Shown here one piece after another: positions 42,190 through 53,301 of a stretch of DNA of 64,000 nt (positions are counted from its first letter, which is position 1; the number at the start of each line of letters is the position of its first letter). Below the pieces are notes generated by a model, which saw only the letters and a program-made list of their open reading frames with translations, searched no databases and was not told where the DNA came from. Origin of the DNA: Marsupella aquatica (Eukaryota > Plantae > Marchantiophyta). The DNA is taken from positions 8,518,963 to 8,582,962 of the forward strand of contig OZ316893.1 in assembly GCA_973895155.1 (NCBI GenBank). The letters run 5' to 3'. A program made the translations under genes and the position numbers.

Positions 42190-42870
42190 TGCACTTAGGA
42201 AGCGCCGACTACGTGGTTAACTGGCCTTCATGGGACATTTAATCGTTAACAATCGAGGCTAATCCCAACAGATAAGGTGGGGTCTAAGACAGTATGACTA
42301 CTGTAGTCAGCGAACATTCTTCCAAGTTGTCGAGGCGTTAATTCTGAGGTCAGTAGGTACTTTGGTACGTCCTGTCCGTGAGACTAGGGTATGCTATTCT
42401 TCCGACCGAGGTTCAAAACTTGGAGGCGCCACATCATTGCGATAAGCTGTCCGCAAGACCCCACCTTATCCACAAAAGAAACGGTTAAACGTTATTACCG
42501 TAACCGGCAAGAGTACAAGATAAAAATACCCTATTATTACCCTCGGACAGTCGGACTTGTCCGTTCGGAGGGTCACGGACCATCGGTATAGAAGTACAGT
42601 CCTCAACGTGTCGCCACGCCGTCAGGATCTCTTCGGCCGGCACCGTCGACGGTCAGTCTGAAAGTTGTTTACTACCAATAGTAGTGACTGACTACGGTTA
42701 CTGGGAAAATGGTCCCGATTTAATCTGGAACTGAAACTTTAACTACTGCATAGTACCTTAGAGCTCCTCGGTTCGCGCGAAAATAAACTAATACGATAAC
42801 TGTAATTATGAAAATTTCGGGCTCGATTATCGAAATATTTTGGGGTCATGTACAGAGAATTCAGAATTCT
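42190..42870 (+). other. CpG-rich, strongly self-complementary non-coding island; candidate structured RNA or non-autonomous element
   Basis: Hand count of 44 CpG in 42181-42840 against 2 in the preceding 660 nt. It contains a perfect 15-bp inverted repeat at 42271-42285/42456-42470 with nested stems. Confidence 0.55.
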
Positions 42871-43513
42871 GTCATGTAAATTTTAATAACTTAAAAATGT
42901 TATGGACAATCCAGTACTATCACATAGAGTGATTGAAACAGTTCAGGCAACTAGTGTCCATAATCGGCATTGAGTGTCAATTGTTCTACAGCAGACTCAG
43001 ACATTCACTATTTTGGTCGGGTTGAAGTAATTTGTTTTAGTTGAGTGAACCTCGTTTAGGGTCCTAGCCAAATCTATCTTTGTGACCCTCTTATACAATT
43101 CACCCCAAAGCTCTACCAGACGTTTCAGGTTGTGGCGTAGTACGACTTTAGTTCTTCCATTGTTCAGGCTCTTGGGTTTTAGTACTCTTAGAATTTCTTG
43201 ATTTTTGCATTTGTTTTTCCCATAACTTGGGTTTTTGGCCTTTAGGATCATGTCTTCCAGTCAGGTGTTAGCAGTTCTACATATGGGGGATTACAAATGG
43301 TGACTTTTACATTATAAGTCATATTTCAGGATTTATGAGTCACATCTCAAAATTGAAAAGTCTCCTCAGAGTATTTAAAGATGTTTTCTGTAAGTCCATG
43401 CCATTTCTGAAGTCCATCTGGGCTTCACAACAAACTTCCTGGTCCATCCCGGCTTTACATTCAATGTTGGGCCACATCTTATTTCCTAAATGATTCAAAG
43501 TCCCATGCTACTA

Positions 43514-44693
43514 ACCAAGATGGCACTATGGTAAAAGAAACTCCAGGTGGGGGCTCCCAATGGGAATGGCCCAGGCCAATATGGAAACGCAATTACTAAG
43601 TGTCTTGAAATGCCCAAACGAGGGATAGAAAAGGAGGTCAGAGGATAGCACTAGTGATATTCATGAGAAATTATTGCATTGCATATGGAAATTATTGCAT
43701 TGTATATGGAGGTGGTTGGAGGAGACGATAATTCCCTCGGTCATTCAGAAGCAAAGAGGTTTGCAATGAAGGCTGCACAAGCTTTGTTGGCTTTGTTGGG
43801 ACCTCCTCAAAATTGCCACAAGTGTACACCTCATAAATTTTGGCAGATTAGCAGAGGTCAGAGGGTAGGACATGGATATTTATGAGCCCTTACTGCATTG
43901 TTTGTGCCTATGTGGAAATACAATCGCAGCTAATATGGAGGTGGGTGGAGGAATGATGATTCATTCGGCCATCCAACAGCATAGAGGATGTGCAATTATG
44001 TATTTGGTAAAGTCATGTTTAGCTTAGATGGAGTCATGGAGGTCAGGAGGTGGGTGGAGGAAATGTGGGTGGAGGAAATGATGATTCATTTGGTCACCTA
44101 GCACCGGAGTAGGGTTTGCAACTATGTATATGGTATACTAATGTTTTACAGGGCATTGTGTGCCATACTGCCAGATATTTACTGATGGGGCCAGAATGAT
44201 TTGTTTTACTTGATGGACCACGTGAGTGATCCAGACCATTGATACCCAAGATCTCATGGGGTTGGTTGGGGAGAATGACAAGAAGCCCAATAGGGGGCGG
44301 GGTGGGGGACAACGGAAAAACCCAAGTGCCAAAGTAACCAAAACCTCCAAGAGCCACAGAGCCTGAGAGTCCTGAGAGACTGAGTATTTTTTGCAAATTT
44401 ATAGGACTTTCAATTCTTCATGAGTAAGCAATATTAGACTCTTTGGAAAGATGTTTCCAAACGACAACCCAATAGCAATGATTGTGTTATATTGAAAGTC
44501 AAAGTTAGCTATCGAGACATTTTTGGAATCATGAAGGGTGTCAACTACTGACAGTGTTAAGGGTGTCACTGCCCATGGGTTTGCCTAGTTCACCTGCTTT
44601 GTGCATAGGCTTCAACTTTTATTTCTTCTACCCGTGATTTTAGCAGAAAAAAGTCAGTTGTGACACGCCCTACTACCCTAGTGCCATCTTGGT
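43514..44693. mobile_element. Non-autonomous TIR DNA transposon remnant (~1.18 kb)
   Basis: Perfect 15-bp TIR ACCAAGATGGCACTA (43514-43528) / TAGTGCCATCTTGGT (44679-44693), extending imperfectly inward. The interior has three GGAGGTGG.TGGAGGA...ATGATTCATT.GG.CA copies. No clear TSD. Confidence 0.65.
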
Positions 44694-45071
44694 GCATAAA
44701 GACCTGTGCAAAATCTTAATTATTTTTATCCCTGGAAGTAACACTATCCAATCTTTTTTAAGAAACAAGCTATACACCCAAAAGTTACTGTTCATATCAA
44801 GACTATTCTTAAAATTTATACCACAACATTCTTTCTAGCCCTCACCAGCCCTCGTCCAATATTTAAATATCTCTAGAAGTAGAGTTTAGGGTTTAAATAT
44901 CTCTAGAAGTAGAGGATATTCAAGAGTTTTTGAATGTTCTGGCAGTTGCGATCCAAACTTTGAATATATTTTTATGTTTTTGCACAAGCAGTGATGGCCC
45001 GTACCAGTCTTTTTTTTTAGGTTTTATGTCTTTCATTGGCCAGTTGCCCACAGAGCAACATACCCCATCAG

Positions 45072-46068
45072 CCAGAATCTAACGTTCACCCCTGGAATGT
45101 AGGGAGATCTGACGGTCATGAATTAAATTAAGAAAAATTAAATTAAGAATATCCCCAGCATCTTCTCATCTACTCGTTCTCACAGGGTGACATTCCTTAT
45201 GAATAAACCCTGGAAATTAAGCTGGGCCCTACTACTGGCTCATAAACATTATCCTGCAAATCTGCGATTTTCCCGTTCTAAATTCCTGACAGAGAAACCC
45301 TCTATATTGTATCATTCTCCCAGTTCTTCTTCCCAAGAATTGCATTCTTGTGCACACATTCCGTTGCCGCCAAATCACTTGTGATCGTGGATTCACAGAA
45401 TGACGGTGCTATTCACGCAGGATCAGAATGTTCGTTGTTGCAGGTTTCAGTTTGCTCTGCCTAGAGTCGAGTCTAACAGAATTATTCTCGATACTTGCAA
45501 CAGACGGGTTTTGAAGTTTGAACCCCGGCTTGTACACCATGACTGTCAGCTCGTGTAAAACAGTGGTAAACGACGGTTCCAGGCTGCCCTGCGCTGCCTG
45601 CCCCGCCCTGCCCTGCCTGCCCACCTGTGACTGCCCTTGCGCCACCCAACCGCGCGGAGCCTTCCCTTACCTGCCCATTTCGTATTTTCTGACCTGCCCA
45701 GATTCGTGTGCTGCCGCAGCGCTACCCTGCCCATTTTTAATTTCTGGAGGGTTTTCCTTTTTCGAAGGACGGTTCCTGAATTCTGTGTCCCTGGTCCTTG
45801 AAGATTCCAGGCTGCCCTGCCACTGCCCACCCGTGTCTGCCCGTACGCCACCCAACCGCGCGGCGCCTTCCCTTACCTGCCCAATTCGTATTTTCTGCCC
45901 TGCCCAGATTCGTGTGCTGCCGCAGCGTTAATTTTTTAAGGTTTTTTCTTTTCCACCACGACGAGTGTCACCTTTGTGAATTAAGTAATCTTCATTATCT
46001 AATTCTCCTAGATTACATTTGACCGTCAGATCTCCCACAACTTTATATAACCATTAGATAGATTCTGG
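45072..46068. mobile_element. Inverted-repeat-bounded element (MULE/MITE-like) with an internal GC-rich direct repeat
   Basis: GGGAGATCTGACGGTCA (45102-45118) / TGACCGTCAGATCTCCC (46020-46036), plus outer CCAGAATCTA (45072-45081) / TAGATTCTGG (46059-46068). A direct repeat lies at 45577-45721 and 45805-45927. Confidence 0.65.
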
Positions 46069-47023
46069 GCTTTGGAAGACGTGAACAACCTAGTGTAGCC
46101 TTATTTGGTGGAGGGGGAATCTAGCAGATTTTGGTGACTAGAAATATGCTAACCTTGCCCTGCCACCTGAGCCTAGCCTGCCCAGTGAGCCAAGCTCCAC
46201 CTTGCCTGCCCTCACTTCACCCAAGTACCAAATCACCTACCAGAGAGTCCTGGTTCTTTTTATTGTGTTTGAGACTAAAACTAGACCATGTAACCAAGAC
46301 CTAGAAAATGACTAAAAATGGCCTTTACAAAAGGTTCGGGCTCATGAAGGGATGGTGTCAACCAATCCTACATGGCAAACAATGGACCCAAAGAAATGCT
46401 GAGGTGGAACTAATAGTGTCTAGTATTTTAGACCACTTCCAAAGGTGGTCCAAACTTTCCCTCTTTTGTCCAAAGGATTCTCATTTATTGAACTTCATGT
46501 CAAGAACTTGGTCTCAAGTCTATCTTTAGAACCGGCACGTCTTGTAAAACCATCCTAAGAGCTCTCCCTCCAGTCTGCCAAACATAGCGGCCAAGAGGGT
46601 CTATGGCTCGCCATAAGCAATAATGGCTTCTCACCATTCCCTAGCCCTCCTTTTTCCCACTCCACTGGGACGCTCCTGCACTGAAAGAGCCTGATAAAGC
46701 CCTTGAAGTGACTGCCATCTTGCCTGGACATCCAAGATTGGATGTGACCACATCATCCCACAACTGCACTGTAGATGGTTGCGAGCAAAATGGACCTTGT
46801 TATTCACTTCTGAATGAGTGGCCAGCAGGGTTCACTCTTGGGTCAGGACCTGGGCTCCCACATACATTTTCACCCTGCTAACCTCAAACGGCAAGGTGGT
46901 TTTGTGGGAATCTCTAACCACTGCGTCCAACCCTTCTCTTTCATTAAGTTTTCCTTAAGCTTTCCTTTGGCTGCCCCAACATTGGTATTCTGTGTACTAC
47001 TCCGGTACCCTTAACCCGTTCTG

Positions 47024-47189
47024 TAATTCCACTTTGTCACTAGCCCCTACTACCCGTTCTTTGAACATGAATAGCAGGGAGGATAATACAAATCTTAATA
47101 AAATATAATTCCACTTTGTCACTAGCCCCTACTACCCGTTCTTTGAACATGAATAGCGGGGAGGATAATACAAATCTTAATAAAATATA
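47024..47189. repeat. Near-perfect ~82-bp tandem duplication
   Basis: TAATTCCACTTTGTCACTAGCCCCTACTACCCGTTCTTTGAACATG... starts at 47024 and again at 47106. Confidence 0.95.
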
Positions 47190-48505
47190 TTTTCACATGT
47201 TTTGAAGGTTAATAAAAAGACTAAAAAGATCATCATGCATGTCATCATTTTAATAATTATACATGACATATCATATTTTTTTCTATGCACATTCTTCTTT
47301 CTATGCTTATATGTTATGGTGGAGCCATATAGCTCATTTTTTAATATAAATAGAAATCATGATAAAAAGTATACATGATTATCATTTGACATACATCATA
47401 ATCACGAGTTTTCCCATCCACATGATGAGCCATGGAGTTACAATTTGATCTAGAGGTTTCACTCTAGAAATCTAGACCCCGACTCTAGCATTGACATTTT
47501 ATAAGCAAAAGAACCCAGTCCTATTTGACTTGGAGGATATGAGATTTAGGCCTAGGGGATTACATATCCCCAAGTCACTAGGAATGGGGGTTATATTACT
47601 TAGAGCAAAATTGCACTTGGGGAGGTTTCATTCATTAACCTATGGCTAAGCCTCAGCATGGTTATAAACCCCTCAGGCTAACCTCCCTAGGGGATTATAA
47701 TCCATAATTCCCTTGAGGTCATGGGTCATCTTTCCCTCCATCCTCAGCTTAGTCGTCTTTCTTTCCCCTGCCCGGCCTCTTCATGGCTGCCCTGCCAAAT
47801 GTCTTGTTCTTTCTTACGCACAAAATTCTCTCCTCTGCTTTTCCCACAAAACAAAACATGGAAAGATTGACACTCACAGAAGGGAGGACCTGCCCGCAAA
47901 AATCGTCTTCCGTGCCCTGCCCAGGTTTTTCTTCCTTCCCTGCCCAATCCTCCACCTTTTTTCGCTTCAATTTCTGCCCTTCTCCCTTTCATTCGTAGTG
48001 CTTCTCCAAAATCGCGAGCTCCGATCCTCGTAACGAGAGAGAGAGAGAGAGAGAGAGGAGAATACACGAATCTAGCAAAGACGCATAGGGCAATAATGGG
48101 AAGAAAATGAATCAACTTATATCCCCTTACAAACTCTGCTGAACCCAGCAAAGTGGGAAAGAGCTGGCTTGAGCTATATTTGATCAGCTCCAGCCTCTTT
48201 TCGGCAGCATCCTCGGATTCTTGTAGACCTCTTCGTCACGCACCCACTGAAACCCAGATACTGAATTGAAAAATTGGGAGTCTTAGTGAGGGAAAGATAC
48301 CCCGGAGAAAAGCTGCATTCAGGTTCTGAGAAAAAAGCTCTGCTTTCTGGCTTTTAGAGTCAATAATTGGACCGGAAATTCGCGAAATTCTGGGGCATCG
48401 ATGTGCAGCTGAGAAAGGAGAGGATCAGCTACGAGGACTTGAGAGACGCCGGTCATCAGACACTATGCATGAAGGAGAAAAGTAAGGATTTTCGCGACGA
48501 TCAAT

Positions 48506-51500
48506 ATGGACCACCAGAGAGATCTTGATGGAGGAATCCCGGGGGGATCCACCAGACCGATGACGAGCAACGCTTGGGATTCTTACGACACTGTATTTTT
48601 AAATGCTAAGGCAGGTGTGGGTTTCTCTACTTTACAAGCCCTTAGACAGACTTTGTGCGATGTATGTTTAAATTAGTGCAATTATTCAGAATTCCATCTG
48701 TCAGTACTGAACTTAGCTCCACAAATCGTATCCAAATTCATGTGCCTCTTTTGGAGTTGCGGATTGGGTGAGCAGGCATGGACAGTGTTGACAAGAAAAA
48801 GATTCAAAAAGTTGTGTACGATATGAGCAAGGGATCTAAGTACTTCAGCAATGAGCAAAGGAAGGAGGCGGAAGTGCTGCAACGTATTCAGCGCATGAAT
48901 GCAAGGGCAGCAAGCCTCAGTCAAGCTGAGCTGGCTGAGCATGAGAAGGTACTCTGTTCACCAGACCCTCAATAATTGCAACCCTAGGTTGATTGACTGG
49001 ACAATTTTTTAGCTGTCTTTTGTGAAATCAGTATGAAGCTTTGGTTCGGCCAAACTGGTCCACTGTAGAATTTGACTTTCTTAGAATCTTAGGTTTAACG
49101 TAGAAGTTCCGAATTTCAGGCCCAATTTTTGAAGTGACACCTAGTTGCAAATATTTTGGATGCAGGCGACTGACATGAAAATAGTGGAGCTGGAAGCTTC
49201 ACGGGACTTGTCGCGCGTTTGGGTGCATGTGGACATGGACGCCTTTTATGCTGCTGTGGAAACATTGGTGAATCCATCATTGGCAGGAATACCCATGGCT
49301 GTGGGAGGCATGTCAATGATTTGCACTGCAAACTATGAGGTCAAATTCCATACCATACCATTTGTTTGTTGCTCACGTTGTTTTGCGTTGGCAGTCGAAG
49401 GAAATCACCTGTCATGTGGAAATAGCTGCAGTCTACTGGGCATTGCTCACTGAGTTTATACCGTAAATTGTTGCCAGGCCCGGAAATTTGGTGTGAGAGC
49501 TGCCATGCCAGGGTTCATAGCTCGCAAGCTCTGCCCAAATTTGATTTTTGTGCGCCCTGATTTTAAAAAGTATGCACACTACAGTGACCTCAGTCGACAA
49601 GGTTTGCAAATCCTCTTCTGTTGTTTCCTTTAAAGGATCGATGGGTTGTGTGCTCTGATAGATCTCAAAATGCATGGGATGCAGACAACTCAGTTGTTTA
49701 TCTTAAATGTGTGTAGGTTTATGTATGTATAAACCAGTCTTCAAGAATTTGTTGTTGCGGCTGTGAGATGCAGTGTTCAAGGCATACGATCCAGAGTTTG
49801 TTGCAAGAAGTATGGATGAAGCTTACTTAGACATTTCAAAATCATGCCAAGTTCGTAACTTGTCTGGAGCACAAGTAAGGATTACACTTTTTCGCCGTGG
49901 ACGTATCTGAATGAGCTCTTGAGCACTTACTAGAAGTCTTGCAATGTGCGGATCGTATAGTCCAGCGTCTTATGCAATGTTGTTCATGAAATCCGTCGGG
50001 TCCATTTGACAGTGCTCCCTGTTCCTTACAAAATAGGTCTTGTTCTTGTTGAGTTGATTCATGTTTCTGTCCACAGGTTGCAGAAGAGCTGCGCAACAAG
50101 GTGTATTCAGCAACCGGGCTTACGTGCAGTGCTGGAGTCGGACCAAATCGGTTGCTTGCAAAGGTTTTCCTCGTTAGTACAACGAAAGCACCAGTAGATT
50201 TGCTATGGTTAATTTGATAAAATGAGGAACTGAGCCAGCTGATGTGCCCTCTGAATCATTAATGACAATCTCACTTCATATGGCTCTACCTCAGCAAACT
50301 TTTGCCTCGGTCAGCCAGAGTTCTCATTTTGGAGAAAAACAATTATGTTGAGCATCTGAAAGGACGTATTTGATGCTAAGTATTGAACTGTAGGTATGCT
50401 CTGATATAAACAAGCCAAATGGACAATCTGTGTTGGGGAATGACAGAGAAGCAGTAATGGCTTTTATTTCGTCACTGCCTATACGTAAGGTGAGGCCCAT
50501 CACAGAAAGGTCCAGTTTGCGAAGTTCCTTGTGCTCTCTGGGTAAATCAAAGAAAATTTGCCATTCTCGTTCGGAAAGCAATGCTTGGTGTGGGATTCGC
50601 TTAGAATTTAGTTTTGCCAACAAACATTTACTACGTGGTGTGGTTTGTAGGTTAATGGCATTGGCAAAGTAACGGAGAGATTACTGAAGGAAGTACTGGG
50701 GATCAGCACTTGTGCTGACTTGCTAAAGAAACGGTCGTATATATCTGCATTATTTTCTGAAATATCCACAGGTTCTACTCTTAGATCTTTGCAAAAGTGT
50801 TTTCCTAGAATATATAGATAGTCTATAATTGCAAACAAATGCGTTCTTGCTTGTTTGTCTTAATACGTAGAGGGAGGGTTCAGTCTACATGTCTTCAAAG
50901 TTTTAAGTGCTGGCTTTACTTTTAATCCATACATTGAAGTAGTCAAGCGATGACTTGTGCAAATCCATACCTTGTAGCAACCCTACAATTGTTAAGTTTT
51001 TCCGGAAGAACGATATTCAGACTATTTTGTTTCTCCAGATTTCTTCCTGGCTGTTGGGCTTGGGATAGGTGGATCTGAAACACCTCAGAAAGAACCACGA
51101 AAAAGTTTGAGCAATGAGAGGACATTTGCCGCAATTACCGAGAAACGTCAACTATTTCAAAAATTGGGTAAGCATCACTAATCAGGAGATCACGATGAAG
51201 AAATCAGGCTGACATGTTTTTTAAGTGGATGTCATTTATATAAATGACTCTTTCAATTGTAGTGTTATTGTGTGTGGATGGTGGCTATGCCCAGTCTTCT
51301 CTACTCGAACACTCATAAATTTGTCGGCTGTCCCATTGCAGAGGAGTTAGTAGAACTCTTGGCAGATGATATGCAGAAGGAAGACTTACACGGGCGGACA
51401 CTGACATTAAAGCTGAAGGAGACTGGATTTGAGGTGTGAAAGTGCCTTCATTTGCCTTGCTGTTATCCTTGTGCTTTTGTTCTAAAACCATAGCGCAGAT

Positions 51501-53301
51501 GTTACTTTTCGATGTTCTCTAGTTCCATCATCCCTCCTTAGTGCCTGGAAAAGTACTTAAGATCAGTGTCCGGTTCTCGAAACTTTTTAGGAGTTCCCCT
51601 ACCTAATCAGCGTTGACAGATTCATGTTACGTATATTTCAGGTGAGATCAAGAGCAATTACTTTGCCCTCCTTCATATCGACAAAGTCAGAGATTTGGGA
51701 GCACGCTTCTAAATTACTGAAAGGGGAACTCCCTCTTTCCTTGAGGCTAATGGGTAGGTGATTTGATCGTCGTGAGATACTAGGCATCAAGGTGCAAAAT
51801 GACAAGCACTTTTACTTTGCATGCTGAATAATCACCAACTTTGAATTGACGAGTAGGCGCTTGACGTAACTGTTATATTGGGTTCTCTGAAACAGGTTTG
51901 AGAATCTCAAATTTCAAAGATGAAAATTCAAATCCTACTCAGAGGACTCTCACAAGCTTCATCACTCGACCTGGTCCTGCTAAACTGGACCACGCTACAC
52001 CGGCGTCAAATGCCTTACAGATTGTTCCTCTCAGTTCGTCAAGCATTGCTCATGATATGCCTCTCGAAGCTTCTATGGAAGAAAAAGAACACTATCTTGG
52101 AGGCGGCTCTCATGAGAAAAGTGCACAAGACTTTGGTCACGACAAAAGGGGACCACGTGGCAGTGAAATGCTTCAGACAGTGATACCGAATAGAAGTCCA
52201 CTGAAAGATGTTTCCAAGAGTCAGCAGACATTACGTAATCCCGTTTTACCAGATACTCCTCCAAATATGAAAACAAATGCCATAGTTAAGTCTCCTGGTT
52301 CTGTTCAGGCCAAACTAGAGGAAGTCATAGCCCGGAGACAACGAGAAAACTTCAAAGAGGTGAATCCACCAACAATTGGTCTCGAAGGGATAAATTCTCA
52401 AGTTGGGACGGCATCAAGTTTGGGGATGGATATGAATTCGGAGGAGGTCCAACTAAGAAGTAGATCAGATGGACAGCCAAGTGGTGAACTAAGTGTTCGT
52501 CAAGTCTCCCGCAGGGCTATGACGAGAAAAGAGACTGTTCAAGAAGTCGTGGATTCCTCGTCAGGCGAAGCAGATATGCATGTTCCACGTGGTCATTTCA
52601 GCCAACTTATCTTGGGAGGTTTCGATGAGGAAGCTGGGCAACCGAGGGACCTCATAACCAGTGTTGAGACAGTTGAGCCGAGTTGGGAGGCATTGCAGTC
52701 TGGATATGATTTAGTTCATGAGCAAGTCTGGAAGGACAACCGATGTGCTCTCTGTGGCGTTGAAGTAAACGATTGTTTGCCCAGTGCTCGGCAAGAACAC
52801 GAAGACTTTCATTTTGCCATGTGGTTACAGCAGCAAGATGAAGAAAGTGGTGGGTTGCAGAGGTCAACAACAACCACAACACAGCCGACTCAGAGGGCAC
52901 CAACGTAAGAGTTTTCCCATTTTGGGTTCTTTCATTCTATGCCTTGGACTGGGTGAAGGAAAGGGTGATATTGTGGTTTTTAGAGCTTCTGTCTGGAAAG
53001 AGATGCCCTTACCTTAAAGCTTATCATACCCTCTTTCGACTCTGCATTTTGCACTTGCAGCTTCATTGACCTTTTGTCCTCATTCTGAACGGATTTTCCT
53101 TTTGCCTTGAATAAGGTTTTGCTCATCAATGGAGTATTCGGTTCCAGTATTCAGTACTAAATGTCTTATATCGTTGTCCTGTACAGAATTGTTGTAGAAA
53201 AGGAGTCCAAAAAGAGGAAAGCATCTGGAGGAAAATTCAATTCCTCTCACAAAAGGGGCTCTAGTCGTCCTATTGAAGCCTTTTTCAGCAAAGCCAAGTA
53301 A
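48506..53301 (+). CDS. POLK: DNA polymerase kappa (DinB family, Y-family translesion polymerase), multi-exon
   Basis: N-clasp NAKAGMDSVDKKKIQKVVYDMSKGSKYF, catalytic HVDMDAFYAAVE, TANYEARKFGVRAAMPGFIA, SMDEAYLD, CSDINKPNGQ and GIGKVT. The C-terminus has a UBZ-like CALC...EHEDFHFA and a PIP-like IEAFF. Confidence 0.95.

Noticed and set aside
39254-42202. CTTCCTAAGTGCA / TGCACTTAGGAAG as TIRs of a 2.9-kb transposon
   Set aside because: There is no TSD, similarity extends outward (N4-GACT) rather than inward, and the CpG-rich composition lies mostly outside the pair. The motif therefore seems to belong to the two islands.
42407-42425. 18-nt mirror repeat GAGGTTCAAAACTTGGAG
   Set aside because: A 9-nt-arm mirror repeat is not unexpected by chance in 64 kb.
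42727-42780. GGAACTGAAAC resembling a conserved 23S rRNA segment
   Set aside because: Only about 11 nt match, and the flanks do not follow rRNA consensus.
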